The notes beneath the pieces were generated by a model that did no database searches, was not told the DNA's origin, and saw only the letters and a program-made list of their open reading frames with translations. Source: Orbicella franksi (taxonomy: Eukaryota). From it: a DNA stretch of 64,000 nt. The stretch lies in the NCBI GenBank assembly GCA_964199315.1, contig OZ116706.1, forward strand, positions 27,156,001 to 27,220,000, given 5' to 3'. Of the stretch, positions 62,613-64,000 are shown piece after piece; the first letter of the stretch is position 1; each line of letters begins with the position of its first letter. The translations under genes were made by a program, and so were the position numbers.

Positions 62613-64000
62613 CTTTTCGAATACGTCTTACAACTAAAACAGCGAATGATAAGAAACGACAGATAAGAAATCTCAAAGATCTAAAATTGTTATCAGTCAT
62701 GTTGAAAAGACGCGGTCAAATATTCAATTGTTTCCATGTTCTTTAGTGACGCCGACTTGCAGAATATTGTAAGACCCAATATTACAATAATTCAGTTCCG
62801 TTTGCAGTTGATAAAATATTCTTTATTAATTTAAATAACGAAGCTAACCTAAGAACGTGCAAGAGAATGGCAGTGAAACTGCTTTGATGCTGTCTTTTTA
62901 AGTTTCAGTTGGCTTTAAATCTCGCTGTCAGCGTTGTCGAGATCGCCGCGTCGTTTTCCGATGTTCAAAAAGTAAAAGCAAGTAGAAGCGTTCATAATTA
63001 ATGTATCTCGCCGAAATTTTATATTATCGCGATCAACGCAAATTATCACGATATTTAGAGAGTTCAAGATTACTTGCCAATTTTCCGGATATTTCTCTCT
63101 AATACATGAAAAAAGGCATTAACTATATGGCGATGTTTTACAGTTTCTAGCACTTTTAGCACGGTATTAAGTGCGCCCGCTCTGCATGGCTTTGGTATAT
63201 ATAACCGAGTGTGTTCCCGCCAAATTTTTTCCGCCACTGAAATGGTTGCTTCCTAATTTCTCGTTGAAAAAATGAGTTTACTTAGTTCTTTTTAATTTCA
63301 GTCGAATATTGATTATCATAATCTTGCCTAACGAACACTATTGATAATAACGTCTCAATTCTCAGATATATTTTCTCATTTCAGCCGTCAGTTAAAATTA
63401 CAGCCCATTTCTCAACTATCATTAAATTCTCCATATTCTAAGTCACAGCTATCATAAAAATGCGTCATTGAGGAATTTTCAGGTCTCAGGCTATAAACCC
63501 CATTCATGTAGACACGCTTGTATTGGTGTAGGTCAGTTCCGTAAAGAACTGCCGACTGTAAAACAAACACGTGCGTTTTGGCGCCAAAGGCCAGGCCACA
63601 GTGATGAGATTGTGCTTCGGTCTTGACCAATTTGACCGAAAAATGGGACGAAATTTTTTCCGTCTATATTCCCGGGGTTCTCGAGAGTGTCTGACTGTAC
63701 ACTGATGTACCACTTCAGTAAAAAGCGTACGTGACCAAGATTTGAAACACAGCGTGTTGTTTTTATCTTCATTCACAAAGCTTAAAAATCCGTTTTGTCT
63801 TTAACAGACGCATGCCAAAGGCCATATATACGCAGATCAGTAAAACTTAGAATTTTTTACGGCAAGCCGCAGTTAGCGACTCAAAACATAAGTCAAGTAA
63901 AAATGCTAAAACACAAGAAACTGTACAAACAAGTTTACTTGAAACAAGTTAAATAATACTGACCGGGAAAAATCGGGAACCAGAGAAACGGGAAAATCTG

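Noticed and set aside
63412-63776. GPCR TM3-TM4 or fibrinogen-like (NGVYSLRP...CD) remnant
   Set aside because: Motif fragments are spread over three frames and overlap a repeat shared with 60480-60690; too weak to call.

Overview
AT-rich, intron-rich animal genomic DNA. The SINE/MITE repertoire suggests a stony coral (inference). There are no prokaryotic features. I rebuilt three intact multi-exon genes by hand from GT-AG boundaries and reading phase: RAD52 (+, 1379-9443, 11 coding exons, ~431 aa), a pleckstrin-family PH-DEP-PH gene (-, 27397-34172, 12-13 exons, ~386 aa), and INTS13/asunder (+, 34584-49743, 22 exons, ~704 aa). The last two are head-to-head, 411 bp apart. Between RAD52 and pleckstrin lies a divergent pair of damaged carbohydrate-sulfotransferase (CHST8-14-like) loci. 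A recent 169-bp inverted duplication of a splice-acceptor/exon-2 junction brackets the membrane-anchor exon of one of them. Downstream of INTS13 are two tandem, largely intronless C7orf57-like ORFs, an orphan divergent ORF, a cluster of RFX X-box-like motifs and a decayed GPCR fragment. Introns and intergenic DNA carry many MITEs (several with readable TSDs), tRNA-derived SINEs and a ~550-bp (GACT)n array. All family assignments come from recalled motifs; no searches were run.
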